From NCBI GenBank assembly GCA_025603075.1, contig MU626376.1, forward strand, positions 1-64,000: a DNA stretch of 64,000 bases, given 5' to 3'. The first letter of the stretch is position 1. The number at the start of each line of letters is the position of its first letter. Made by a program: the position numbers and the translations under genes. Origin of the DNA: Neoconidiobolus thromboides FSU 785 (taxonomy: Eukaryota > Fungi > Entomophthoromycota). Below, piece after piece: positions 25,787 to 38,079 of the stretch. The notes under the pieces were generated by a model. It ran no database searches. It worked only from the letters and a program-made list of their open reading frames with translations, and had not been told where the DNA came from.

Positions 25787-25883
25787 AGGGATGTATTTTT
25801 GTATTTGAAAATTTTACCAACAATCTTTCCACTCAAATAGTGTTTAAAAGATAGAAGAAGTAATAAACCCAAAAAACACCCCC
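25787..25883 (+). mobile_element. MITE-A copy
   Basis: Flanks ATAT/ATAT. Confidence 0.9.
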
Positions 25884-26227
25884 ATATATTACATAAATAA
25901 AATAGTCAACTGATAATATTGTAACTCCACTTAATATTGTTTAAACTTTACTTTAAATTGGAATGTTTTAATATAAATTTAAATTGTGAGCAATGAAGTG
26001 GAGCTTTTTTAAATCCATGATTGGTGGTCATCCATTTGAAATTTACTGTTTCCATCAATTGTACACTTAATCCTCTAGCATGCTAGCCATTTTTTAAATT
26101 TTTATCCCTCTAACATTTAGTTTTTCTATTTCTAATTAAAATTACTTGGGTCCTCATCGCCTTTAAATTTTATTTAAAAGGTGGAATTAATTTAAGCTAA
26201 ATTTCCATTTGTTTTTATAAAATATAT

Positions 26228-26326
26228 GGCGGTGTATTTTTTTTGTTAAGAATTTTACTAACAATTTTTCCACACAAATAGTGTTTAAAAGATAGAAAAA
26301 GTTATGAAGCCAAAAAAACATCCCCC
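26228..26326 (+). mobile_element. MITE-A copy
   Basis: Flanks ATAT/ATAT. Confidence 0.9.
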
Positions 26327-26747
26327 ATATTATAAAATAAAATTAAGCTCAAGCTAGTTAATAGTTAATAAAAATTAATAAGTAATTTCAGAACTAAATT
26401 TTCATTTTTTTATATGAAAAATATTGGTAAAAGTATATAATTGTAACAATAAAAAAAGAGTAATGTTTTTAGATAAAATAATTGTTAATTGAAAAAGTTT
26501 CTGTATTAAAAATTTAAATCTAAAAATTATTACTGTGATCAATAGCTTTATCTCTTTTAAGCATCATTATTTATTTACAAGCAAAAAATAAACTTAACTC
26601 ACTTATTTAGAACTATAACCTCACTTTAACCTTTGTAAGATAACTTTACTCCACCCAAACGCCCCTTATTTACTAAATTTCCTTTTAATATAATAGAGTG
26701 TCTCAACTTCTATTGTAAATCTTATTCATCCTCTCTTTCACTCAATT

Positions 26748-29700
26748 CTACTTTGAAATCGTTGAATAAGGAGTTAAGTTATTGTTAATATTTATCCATT
26801 TACTACTTTTAAATTTTCCCGTTTTAAAATAATTATTATAAGCTTCATAGTTTCGATCAAATACAATTTCTTTATTGAAATTAATAAATGAATCATATAA
26901 ACCTTGATCTTGATGTGGGATTACAATGTTATCATTGTTTTTACTGATATTGGAATAATAAGAGTATTCAAAATCATCATTAATAATATTGTTTATGTTA
27001 CTAATGTCGTTGTTATTTGTGTTACTATTATCATTATTATTTATATTATTATTATTCATTTTTCCTATATTTAAATATTGTTTATAAATATCTAATTGTT
27101 TATCATCTAATTCATTATTTAAATTTTCAACAATCATTTTAATTTCAGATTCTGGTAAACTTAATAATTCCTGTCTTTGATTACTCAGTATTTTTTCCTC
27201 TTTATTTAATATTATATTAGATCTTCTACCTTTCCCATCTTTAACAGTTTTGTTACTATTAGATAAAGAAAACCATTTACCAAATCGAACTATATTGTTT
27301 TCTTTATTTAAATGTTCATTACTATTATTATTACTACTATCAATTATATTATCTTCATTATTGAAGTTCTCTAAAGTATTGAGCTTGTTTTTGTAAACAA
27401 TAAATGGGGAATAACACATGTCTCTTATTTCACTCCCATTATTATTATTAGTTTCATGACTATTTCTAATAATATCCGTTCCATTCAAATTAAAACATAA
27501 TAATTTATTAAATGAACTAAATTGATAGGGTTTATAATATTCTAACCAGTATATAGGATAATTATTCATTTTCATTGTTAATATTTTATCTTTTTTTAAA
27601 AATGTAGCTATTTGTAGTGTTATTCTATATTCGATTTCTTGATTATTTAACCAGTTAATGTAACTAAATTAAATCAAATTATCATTATTATATTATTATT
27701 ACTAAAGTACTTACTTTCTGTATTTAAATTTCATAGAAGGCGGGTTATGTAAATAATAATCTGTAGGAAGTTCCCATAACTTTGGTCCTTTCTTACCATT
27801 CACTTTAAATTTACCTAAAAATAAATTCATACCATCTTGTTTATCTGCATCCACAAATGAATTTGTATAGAATCTTCTAATAGCTTCGACAATATCTCTT
27901 GAATGAGATGACCAATTACGATTATTATTTCTATAAGTTGCCATAGTATTAACTAAATTAGATCCTCCATATTGTAATGCCAAAGTATCCCCGTGATCAT
28001 GATACATTTCTGTTAACATATCAACTGCATCACAGTCAAATGGTAAATAAGTATCCATTATAATTCCTAATGCATGTAATTGGTGAGATAAAGCACATTT
28101 GCCTAAATAAATGGATTATTATCATTATTATTATTAGCCTATATCAATATACCAATTAAAAACTGAGCTGCATTAGTACGATCAATACAATCAATACAAT
28201 TGGTACGTACGATACCATTCTGTAATAAAAATTTATATTGTTGTTGATTATTATTACTTCTAATGTTAAAATAAAATGATTTCATTAGAATATATTATTA
28301 TATAAATAATAATAATAACAAAAACGTACTCCTTCTCTTTCTCTTTCTCTTTCTCTTTATTATTACTCCAAGCGTATAATTCCGCCCCTGAATGAAAAAA
28401 GTTGGTTTGTTGTAAAGCATCTTCAGCAAAATTCTCTAAGTATTCAATAACATCTTCATCTGGGCTAAATAAACAAATAATTCAATTTGAACAATCAATC
28501 TTCCATTTAATTTTCATAAAGAAAAGTATTATTACCTTTTAGATGCTCTCGACATATCCCATTCCACATAATATAATTGATTTTTGTTTTTTTCTTCAAC
28601 ACAAGATTTCAAATATTTAATAGCTTGATTAAACTCTTTTAGTAATTTACTTTCCCTTGGTGTTTTTTCTTTTCTTTTAATTAAATTTAACACAATAACC
28701 TTGTTCCCATATCTCAAAAACAAATCATTAAAATGACCAGCTGCCATTGTTGCAAAAGGATCTCTCTTTAATATATGTATGCTTGGTTTAGGTGCCATAT
28801 TTGAGTTGTCTTGACCCCAACACAAAGGAATGGAACCACGGTGTTGTAAATAAGAGGTATAGTTTGGATTGAGTTGATTATTTACAATGAGACTAGTGAT
28901 AGTACTATCATTTACAATTTGTTCTGTTTCTACTTCATTGGCTACTTGACCTTCTTCATTACTACCACGCTTTAAAAAACGCGCTCCAGCAAAATAACGT
29001 GATCGTCGAGCTATGAGAGTTATATAAATACTACGACCTAAAATAGAAATCCCTATAATTAAAGTTAAGGGGTTGGATAAAATGAACAAAATAACATATG
29101 ATAAATAGATTACTAGCTTGATCCAGAAAACCATGAATTAGAGGTAATATCCAAGGAGAAGAATTTAATAAACATTTTTTACCAAAACCATTTTTTAATA
29201 GGTGATGGTTCCAAACAAACCGAGTATTTATATTAAAATCATTATTAATTAAATCATTAATGTTATTTTGTAAACTTTGAGTTAAATTATAATTATAACT
29301 AAAATAAAAATTTTTTGAGAGATCAACATTAGAGAAAATATTAATGTATCTAAAGAAAGATTATGATTTAATCAAAAGTGAATTATTATTACTGCTTGTT
29401 ACCTTTCTTCTTCGGATTTATTTTCAATTTTATTAAATGGCTCTGAAATATCTAACATTGTTGTATCTTCAATATGATAAATATAACTACCACCAATACA
29501 AGCAATGGCTTTTCTTTTTGTTATCAAGCATATGTAATAGCCTTGTGTAAATTTAACAAACCCTTGAATTAAAAGTCAATTATAGTTTTTAATTATAAAA
29601 ATTTAAACTTTTATAAAATAAATAAACTTACCAACCAACCCAAAACAATTAAGAACTCTGGTCAAACCACCAATATGTTGATTACCCAAATGAATTCTTA

Positions 29701-29935
29701 ACAATAAATCACTACATTCTTTAGATGTATAATCTACGTTATCAAAACTTAAATTTAGTTCTTTAGGAGTAGTTCGGTCGATTTTTAATATTCGATAATT
29801 TTCATAATAATTGGAGCCAACGATATACAGTCGAGTTTTCGTTTCATAAATCGTAATTTTGTTAAAGGTTTCCATTCTTTTAAATCTTCGTGGTTTAGTT
29901 ATTGGAGAAGATTTTTCACTATGTGTGGATGGCAT
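26748..29935 (-). CDS. FIG4: Polyphosphoinositide phosphatase FIG4 (SAC domain), multi-exon
   Basis: Spliced exons give [54 protein letters not shown], catalytic [12 protein letters not shown] (~28175-28210) and LALQYGGS. Confidence 0.93.
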
Positions 29936-30020
29936 CTTTTGTTGGTGATGTTTATTGAATATTGTTGTTTGATATTATTTTGAGTTGAAATAAATATAAA
30001 AAATCTTAAGATTGAATTTT

Positions 30021-30030
30021 ATGACGTGAT
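30021..30030. promoter_or_regulatory. ATGACGTGAT (SRE-like or ATF/CREB M26-like) in the FIG4/HEM13 bidirectional promoter
   Basis: Reverse complement ATCACGTCAT fits the S. pombe Sre1 consensus as recalled and contains ATGACGT. Confidence 0.35.
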
Positions 30031-30148
30031 AAAGATTCTTAGTCCAATAAAATTGAAGATAAAATATAACGATCCACATTCAATTGAGATATAAATTATT
30101 TGATTGATTTTATTTTTCAAAGCCATCTTTTTATTAAAACAAAGAAAA

Positions 30149-31144
30149 ATGGCAACCCAAACAACTAAAGACCATGGCCAACCAATCCATGAACGTATGA
30201 TTTCCTTCCTCACTGATTTACAAGATCGGATTGTGGACGAACTTAAACTTCTCGAACCCACTCTCACTCCCAAAGTAGACGAATGGACCCGAGGGGACCA
30301 TCGAGGACGCATCATCGTTTTCCAAGATGGTAGCGCCTTTGAAAAAGCAGGTGTGACCATGTCGATTGTCAAAGATAAACTCAGGGAAGCCAGAAGACAA
30401 CAATTGAATGCCCGTGGGTGGAAAATCCCAGAAGGAGAGCATCCCTATTTAGCTACTGGATTATCTTTAGTATTTCATCCAGTGAATCCATTTGCCCCAA
30501 CAGTTCATTTAAATTATCGTTATTTTGAAGTAACTGATAAAGATAGTGAAGAGCCATTAGTTTGGTGGTTCGGTGGAGGTAGTGATTTAACACCGAGTTA
30601 TTATTTTGAAGAAGATGCAATTCATTTTCATAAGGAGATTAAAAATGCATTAGACAAACATGGGGAACAACATTATCCTAAATTTAAAAAATGGTGTGAT
30701 GAGTATTTTTATTTACCTCATAGAGAAGAACATCGTGGTATTGGCGGTATTTTTTTTGATGATTTGACAGGTGAAGAGCTGAATAAAGATGGTCTTAAAG
30801 GTGGAAAAGAGGCCGTTTTTAGTTTAGTTAAAGATAGTGCTAATGCTTTTATACCCGCTTATTTCCCAATAGTTAAAAGAAGAAAGGAGATGGAATATAA
30901 TGAGAATAATAAAGTATGGCAACAATTGAGACGTGGTAGATATGTGGAATTTAATTTAGTTTATGATAGGGGTACTCATTTTGGTTTAAAAGTGCCAGGT
31001 ATTAGAGCGGAAAACATATTGGTTTCTTTGCCTTTAACAGCTAGATGGGAATTTGATCATCAACCTGAAGAAGATTCAGAAGAAGAAAAAAGTTTATTGG
31101 CATTGAAAAAAGCTCATGATTGGTTAAAATTGGAAAATGAATAA
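30149..31144 (+). CDS. HEM13: Oxygen-dependent coproporphyrinogen III oxidase
   Basis: FEKAGV, PTVHLNYRYF, WWFGGGSDLTP, RGIGGIFFDD, RRGRYVEFNLVYDRGT; first ATG at 30149 (the ORF track uses an upstream non-ATG start). Confidence 0.97.
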   Translation: MATQTTKDHGQPIHERMISFLTDLQDRIVDELKLLEPTLTPKVDEWTRGDHRGRIIVFQDGSAFEKAGVTMSIVKDKLREARRQQLNARGWKIPEGEHPYLATGLSLVFHPVNPFAPTVHLNYRYFEVTDKDSEEPLVWWFGGGSDLTPSYYFEEDAIHFHKEIKNALDKHGEQHYPKFKKWCDEYFYLPHREEHRGIGGIFFDDLTGEELNKDGLKGGKEAVFSLVKDSANAFIPAYFPIVKRRKEMEYNENNKVWQQLRRGRYVEFNLVYDRGTHFGLKVPGIRAENILVSLPLTARWEFDHQPEEDSEEEKSLLALKKAHDWLKLENE

Positions 31145-31266
31145 GATAAATAATAATATTAAAATATATTAAAAAATAAATAAATTGTAGTGATAAATAT
31201 TCTAAATTTTCATTAGTGTATATGTTATATTTTATTCTATCTTTATTTATTTTTATTACTATATGA

Positions 31267-31745
31267 TTAACCTCCATGTAAAGTAGAAATAAATACAATA
31301 TCATCTTTATCTTGAATTTCATAATCCGTTTCACCTTCTAATTCCCAATCACAATCGTTGATAAGGACTAAGATACCAGGACGACTAGAAAAATTGTTAT
31401 ATCAATAAAAAATACAAATAAATGATTAGATTAAAAAAGAATGTATATAAATAAATTATGATAATAATAGCTTACACAGTATCATCCATAACAAATAATT
31501 CTTCTCTTTCTTTCAATAAATTATCTTTAACAAAATGAATCAAATCTTTCATTGTAAAAGCAGAACCTTGGGAATTTTTTGATGGAGTAGTGATGCTGAC
31601 TTTGGTTTGATTATCAAACAGTAATTCCATACCACCACTGAGTTATTAAAGATGAATAAAATAAGAGGGATTAGTTATGATAAGAATTGGTATAATAATA
31701 TTAAAAGTACCTAAAATTCACAGTTATCTTTAATTCAGCTTCCAT
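31267..31745 (-). CDS. URM1: Ubiquitin-related modifier 1, 3 exons
   Basis: Spliced product [19 protein letters not shown]...[18 protein letters not shown]...FISTLHGG*; missed by the ORF track. Confidence 0.96.
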
Positions 31746-31921
31746 TTTTTATATCTTTATAAAATCCAAAATAATAAAAAGTAAAATACTTCAATGAGTT
31801 ATCTAACCCTATTAATTTTTGAAAAAAACTGAAATTCCAATCAAAAAATCCTGGAATTATGCAAATAAAAGCGCTTTTATTAAGCTCATCATAACTCTAG
31901 CTCACTAATCTCTTCTTTTGA

Positions 31922-33354
31922 ATGATCTTGGAAATCATCCTTAGCATCCTATTAACGCCAATAATAATCTTGTATAAAATATATCAAGCCTTTGGAGATC
32001 AAATGAAAAATAATCAATCCATATCAGCGAATCCTAGCCAACAAGAGTTACGTAAAAAAATACAAGCTATTTATAATGATCAATCAATAAAGAATGAAGA
32101 AAAAGCAAAGTTAGTTCAAGTAAGATATCTATTTGTTTTAGATTTGTAAATGTAAAATGAAATTTGATTTTGATATAATTAAACTAGAAATTGATGAGTG
32201 GTAATAAAGCTATCAAAAGACAAACTTCAGAAGGAGAATGGGAAGATATACTGGACGAAGATGATGTAAGTTTATTAATAGCAATAAATTTTCTTCAATA
32301 AACTTTGAATTCTTACTATAGTCCGACTATTCCAATCCATTGGGATGCAAACATTATAGGAGAGGAGCAAGGATGTTAGCTCCATGTTGTAATAAATTAT
32401 ATTCTTGTCGATTATGCCATGATGAAGTTAATAACCATGTCATGGATAGGTAAGTTTTAATATAACATATCAGCTATAAAAAAAAACTAATTTTATTCTT
32501 TAATTTGAAAAACAATAGACACCAAGTGGTTGAGATGATGTGTAATTATTGTCATTTACAACAATCAAGTTCCCAAACTTGTACTGGATGTAAGAAATCT
32601 CTTGGTTATTATTATTGTAATAAATGTAACTTTTGGGATGATGATCAAACAAAGGATATTTATCATTGTAATGATTGTGGTATTTGTAGAATGGGAAAAG
32701 GGTTAGGTATTGATTTTCAACATTGTGATAAGTGCAATTTGTGTATGGCCAAACAATTATTTAATGGTCATAAATGTATTGAAAATAACAGCAAATCGAA
32801 TTGTCCAGTTTGTGGGGAATATTTATTTACATCAACTAAAGAAAGTATTTTTATGGTAAGTGATTTATATTAATTAAATTCCTTTATGGTTTAAGCTTAA
32901 TTTCATATTTCTCTAGAACTGCCAACATATGATCCACAGTTTATGCTTCCAACAATTAATAAGAGAATCTTATCAATGTCCGATCTGTTCTAAATCACTC
33001 GGTGATATGACGAGATATTTCGAATTAATCGACAAAGAACTCGAAAACCCAATGCCTTTAGAGTTTCGAACTAAAAGAAGTAATATAATATGCTGTGATT
33101 GTGAAAAAAAGAGTGTAACTAAGTATCATTTTATTTATCATGCTTGCCAACATTGTGGCTCTTATGCAACAAAGGTAATGAATACTTTTGTCTCAAACCA
33201 TCCAAAGGCAGTGGAGTATGGGGACTTGGAAGAGGGAGTCAAGTATTGTTATAAAGGTAGAAGGGGGGAGGATTTTGAGGATGAAAGCTCAGAGGATGAA
33301 CTAGAGGGGGAAACAGATGGCCAAGTGGATGATGATGTTGATTCACTGGATTAA
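31922..33354 (+). CDS. RCHY1: CHY zinc finger / RING-H2 E3 ligase (RCHY1/Pirh2-like), 5 exons
   Basis: Exons 31922-32119, 32188-32265, 32322-32448, 32519-32855, 32917-33354; GCKHYRR, CRLCHDE, CGICRMG, CPVC..NCQHMIHSLC..CPIC, and a zinc ribbon. Confidence 0.93.
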
Positions 33355-34537
33355 CAATTTTTCATATATGATTTGTATAGTTATAGTCCTTTTTCAAGTT
33401 TCTTAAAATATTAATAAATTTTTTCAAGTGTTTTATAAAGATTAGTGTTATATAATTATGTAGGGAAGTTAGCTTACTTTGAAATAGGGTCAAATAGCAA
33501 AAGATAACAATTAAGAGGATTTTTTTAATCATGTTAATGTTAATCAAACTAGCAGTAAAAGCGGTTTTATAATAATATAATAATATAGTAATTTATTGTT
33601 AAATTAGGATATGGGAAGGTTATTATATTTTGTTATATTGTCCACTTTTTGGATTTTTTAAAATAAAGAACAGTTGTACTAAAAAAATCGGCATCCCCTT
33701 TTTTAAAATTATTGGCATATTTCCAGAAATTTATAACAAATATTTTAACTATAATTGGCAGACTTTTCTTTATCAAAACAAACAAATTGATTTTATCAAG
33801 ATAGGGCAAAATTGAGATATAAGTATCATATTGCCTTTCAACTAAATATGAGTATGATTTAAATATTAGAAATATGTATACTATAAAACGAAAAAATAAC
33901 GTGATTTAATTGAAAAACAACAAAATGATATAAAGTACGCTATATTTTTATTTTTGGCTTATCATTATGGAGTTGATGTCTTAATCAAGCTTTACTTTAT
34001 AATATTTAAGTTAATAGCGATATATTATCGTTGTTTTGAGCTTAATATAAACTCACGATATGTTAACTTTAAGAATATTCTTCTTTTTCTGATGATAACA
34101 ACTAAACCAAATAAACACAACAGTAAGAATTTTCTTATTATCAGTTACAGTAGCACATTTATAAAGCATGAATTAACGTCAATAATTTAAAAAAAATAAA
34201 CAGTTCCTGTCTTTAAGGCTTTTAATGAATTTCAAAAGTTTATAATCAATTAACAAATTTTAATTTAGTGATAACCAATCACTATTGGCAATGAAGTGCA
34301 TACTTCCAAAGCCATAAAAATAAAATAAAATTTCAAATAAATTAGTTTTCGAACCAAAGCAGTTTATTGGTCACTAAAAATATAAAATAAAATCTAATTT
34401 AAATTATAACTGAAAATAAATTAATAGGAATAAAAACAAGTGATTTAATCCTCATTTTTTAATATATCTAAATAATCTTTTTTTACTTTTATTCTACTTA
34501 ATCTTTGCCTTAAATTTATCTACTTATTTTTACCATC

Positions 34538-35746
34538 ATGTACAATCAAAATGATAATAATGTTACTTTAAGTCCCCCACCACTCGCATATAATCGAAGA
34601 CCTTCAAATTCGAGTTCCAACTTATCAGTTAATTCACAAAGTTCAAACAAATCACCTATTACGCCAACTACTGACAAGCTAGATTCTAATGTAAGTACAG
34701 AAAGTACTGAAACTAGTAGTCCTAAAAGTACCACTAAGAAAACCAAAGGCTTTTTATCTAGTTTATGGTCTTCTTTTATACCAAAAAGAGAAGAAAAAGA
34801 AATGTATGAGGGTCCTATTTTAGAATCGAATTATGAAATTAAAAAAAGAATAATAGCTAGAGGATCCACTGGATTAATCGGTTTAGTGACTTCATTAAAG
34901 GAAGGGAATTCCGGAAAAGTAATGATTGTTAAACGATTTTCAAAGCCTCGATGGGGAGAAACTTATAAAGACATAGAACAAAGAGTAGGCAATGAATATT
35001 GTATATCGTCAGCTCTAAATCATAAGAATATTGTCAAAGTTTATGATTTGGTAAAAGATAGTAATTCTCATTGGTGTCAAATTATGGAATATTGTTCAGG
35101 TGGTGATATGTGCCATATAATATCAAATGGTATTTTAAATAAGCCAGAAGCCAATTGTTGTTTTAAACAACTATTAAATGGGATCAAATACTTGCATGAA
35201 ACTGGTATTGCACATTGTGATATTAAACCAGAAAACTTAGTCATGGATAGAAATTGTGTACTAAAAATAACAGATTTTGGTTGTGCTGTTTCTTTTTGTT
35301 CTGGTTTTAATACCCCTTGTGATGTAGTTATGGGTATCCGTGGGTCATTACCTTATATGGCCCCTGAAATGATTACTAAAACTTCAGATTCTGATAAAGG
35401 ATATGATGCTAGACTCATCGATGTTTGGTCTTGTGCTATAGCTTATTTAACGATGATTAATTTAAGAATACCATTTAGTAAAGCCGATGAACAAGACAGA
35501 AGTTATAAAGAATACATTAACACAAGGTTTGATAGTAAAAAATGTAAGATATTTGAAAAGCTTAATAAAGATGCTAGGGAAGTTATTGTAAAAATGCTTG
35601 AACCTAGCCCTAATTTTAGAAGTGGCCTTAAGGAGATTATGGACTCAAACTGGTTCAACTACTTAGAAGTTTGTGAATATGGTCAATCTAAAAGTAGTCA
35701 TCATCAACATTTTGCTTGCGATTATCGACCTGGAAATTGTCATTAA
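34538..35746 (+). CDS. Ser/Thr kinase, HAL/HRK1/NPR family
   Basis: EYCISSALNHKNIV, HCDIKPEN, DFG, GSLPYMAPE, DVWSCAI; Ser/Thr-rich N-terminus. Confidence 0.92.
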   Translation: MYNQNDNNVTLSPPPLAYNRRPSNSSSNLSVNSQSSNKSPITPTTDKLDSNVSTESTETSSPKSTTKKTKGFLSSLWSSFIPKREEKEMYEGPILESNYEIKKRIIARGSTGLIGLVTSLKEGNSGKVMIVKRFSKPRWGETYKDIEQRVGNEYCISSALNHKNIVKVYDLVKDSNSHWCQIMEYCSGGDMCHIISNGILNKPEANCCFKQLLNGIKYLHETGIAHCDIKPENLVMDRNCVLKITDFGCAVSFCSGFNTPCDVVMGIRGSLPYMAPEMITKTSDSDKGYDARLIDVWSCAIAYLTMINLRIPFSKADEQDRSYKEYINTRFDSKKCKIFEKLNKDAREVIVKMLEPSPNFRSGLKEIMDSNWFNYLEVCEYGQSKSSHHQHFACDYRPGNCH

Positions 35747-36261
35747 AACCAATGTTAATTTTGTAACTTGTTCAATTTTTTTGTAATTATTTAATAGAAC
35801 TAAAATTAAATAATAATTTATTGACTCAATAATATTTACTTATCCTGTTATGTCTATATTCATCGATTTATTATCATTTGTTTTATTAATAAATAGTGTT
35901 ATTTTTAAATATTCTGGTCATTTATATTTTGTTGATATTTGCTTTTTATATCTTGTTATTCCAACTTGGCTTAGATTACATAAACTATTTAGTCAAATAG
36001 TCAAATAAAAATTGTCGACTAACAATTAAATTTGAACAAGTATTATTTAAAGTTAACAAAACAAAGCTCTTTAATTGGTACTTTTTACACTCCTTTAATC
36101 ACGCTTCATTTATGACGTAATTGACATTAACTGAGTTCATAAAATAAGGAGCTAGTTTTTAAGTATTTTAGTTATATAAGAGAAACTTCGATATTTGATG
36201 TGAGTAGTTTATGTAAAACTGATATATTAAAAATAAATAACATTGATCTTATTAGTTAGCA

Positions 36262-37855
36262 ATGGGGGATAATACCGAATTTAACATATATGATGATGTA
36301 GGTTTTGATGCAGAAGGGTTGGAGGATCTAGTAAAATTAAATACAAATATTTGATTAAGATTAACGACTAAATTAATAATAGGATAATACTTATGATGAG
36401 CCAGCAGTTTTTAAATATGAGAAAGAGGAAAAGCCAGATATACAAGAAACTACAAAGGTGATTTGTGTTTTTTAATTTTACAAACTTTTTACAGCTAGCT
36501 TAAAATTTCTTGTTTTCATTCTTCTTTATTTTTCTTTAATTATATTATTTTATTCATCTTATTTTCCCTTCATTTATCGGCTTATTATAGCCCACTACAT
36601 CCACCTTAGACCAACCTTTGAGTACCCATGCTTCATATAATGACAAGAAAGAGATGAATGTTTCTAATGATAGAAAGCATTCTTATCCCAGTAATACCTC
36701 ACAGAACGACTATAATCGCGATCAAAACAGATCATATAATTCTAATCAATCACACTCTCAACATCATAATGGTAGTTTAATTTAACAGTTAATAAATGAA
36801 TATTCATACTAAATTTGTAGAATCGCCTCAAAATCATACTTTTGTAAGAGGCTCAGTTTCAGCAGCTCTACACCTTGGAAATTTGCATTGGGTAAACTAA
36901 ATATACTAACCTATTTATAGATTATTTTTATAATTAAATTTTTTATATTAACTATTTTGAATTAGTGGATTACTGAAGATGATATACGCAAAATAGTTAG
37001 CGCCATTGTGGATGAGAGATCTTTAGTCAATTTAACATTTCAAGAGTTAAGAGTTAATGGAAAATCTAGAGGCTTGGCTTATTTACAATTTAAGGATCCA
37101 GAGACTTGTAAAATTGTTAAAGAAAAATTAGAAAACTAGTAAGTTGAAAGTTCAATTTTATATCAAAGGTTGAAACATGTTTATTTAGTCCTATCGATGG
37201 TCGTAATTGTACAACTAATTATACAGCTGTAACTACTCATCCTTTTAAAGCATCAAATAATAGTATGTTTTAGTATATCATTTATTCTTTTTTATTAATC
37301 ATTTAATTAGCTAATGGACGTCAAAAGGATAACAATGGACAAAACCAAAACAATATACGTAATCGTACGAATGTTAGCAATAATAACAACCAAAACCAAT
37401 CCAACTCAGGATATCAGCAGCGTAATCGAGTTCATAATAATAATAACCTAAACCAAGGTAGCAGTTATGGGCAATTAAACGGTATTTCACAAAATGCAGG
37501 AGGTTCTTATATAGGAAATTCAACTTCTAACAACTGGAATCAACAAGGAACTAGTGGTACAAGAGATGTTTCAAACAATAGTTATGGGGATGTAAACTTG
37601 GGAAACAATAATCATCGTTATAATTCAAGTGTTCAAAGTAATCATAGTTATAACGGATCAAATGATAGATATAACTCACATAACAATTTAAATCCTAACC
37701 GCAATCAAGGTTATAACCATGGTCAACATAGAGATGAATATAATAATAAGTAAGTTACTAACTATAACCTGTTTTTTGTATTGAGTTTAATATTGTATTT
37801 AAGGCGAAGCTTAGCCAATGATAATTCCCGTAGTTCACGTCGTCGATATGATTAA
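36262..37855 (+). CDS. RRM protein, CPSF6/CFIm68-like, multi-exon
   Basis: Splicing gives FNIYDDVG at the N-terminus and ALHLGNLHWWITEDDI...ELRVNGKSRGLAY, matching CPSF6 LYIGNLTWWTTD...ENRANGQSKGFA; N/Q/R-rich tail; missed by the ORF track. Confidence 0.85.
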
Positions 37856-38079
37856 GTTTTTAAAAAATAGGAACTCAATTATTTAAGTGTTAACTTTACC
37901 ATCTGTCAGCTTAAGCCTAAGCCTTAAAGTCTATTTTTTAAGGATAATTTATTTCACCTCCATTTTTTATAATAATACTATTTTTATTGAGCTTACATTT
38001 TTTATTACCTTCATTCTATTTCCGAAACTTAATTAATTATCTTGTTTTCTTTTAATTTGATGTTCTAATAAATTTAAGT

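Noticed and set aside
26216-26338. Apparent 8-bp TSD (TATAAAAT) around one MITE-A copy, suggesting hAT
   Set aside because: None of the other copies I checked shows an 8-bp duplication, and the empty-site comparison gives 4 bp. Chance in AT-rich DNA.
28175-28210. FIG4 catalytic motif CIDCIDRT instead of C(I/V)DCLDRT
   Set aside because: Conservative L-to-I change; Cys, Asp, Arg and Thr are retained.
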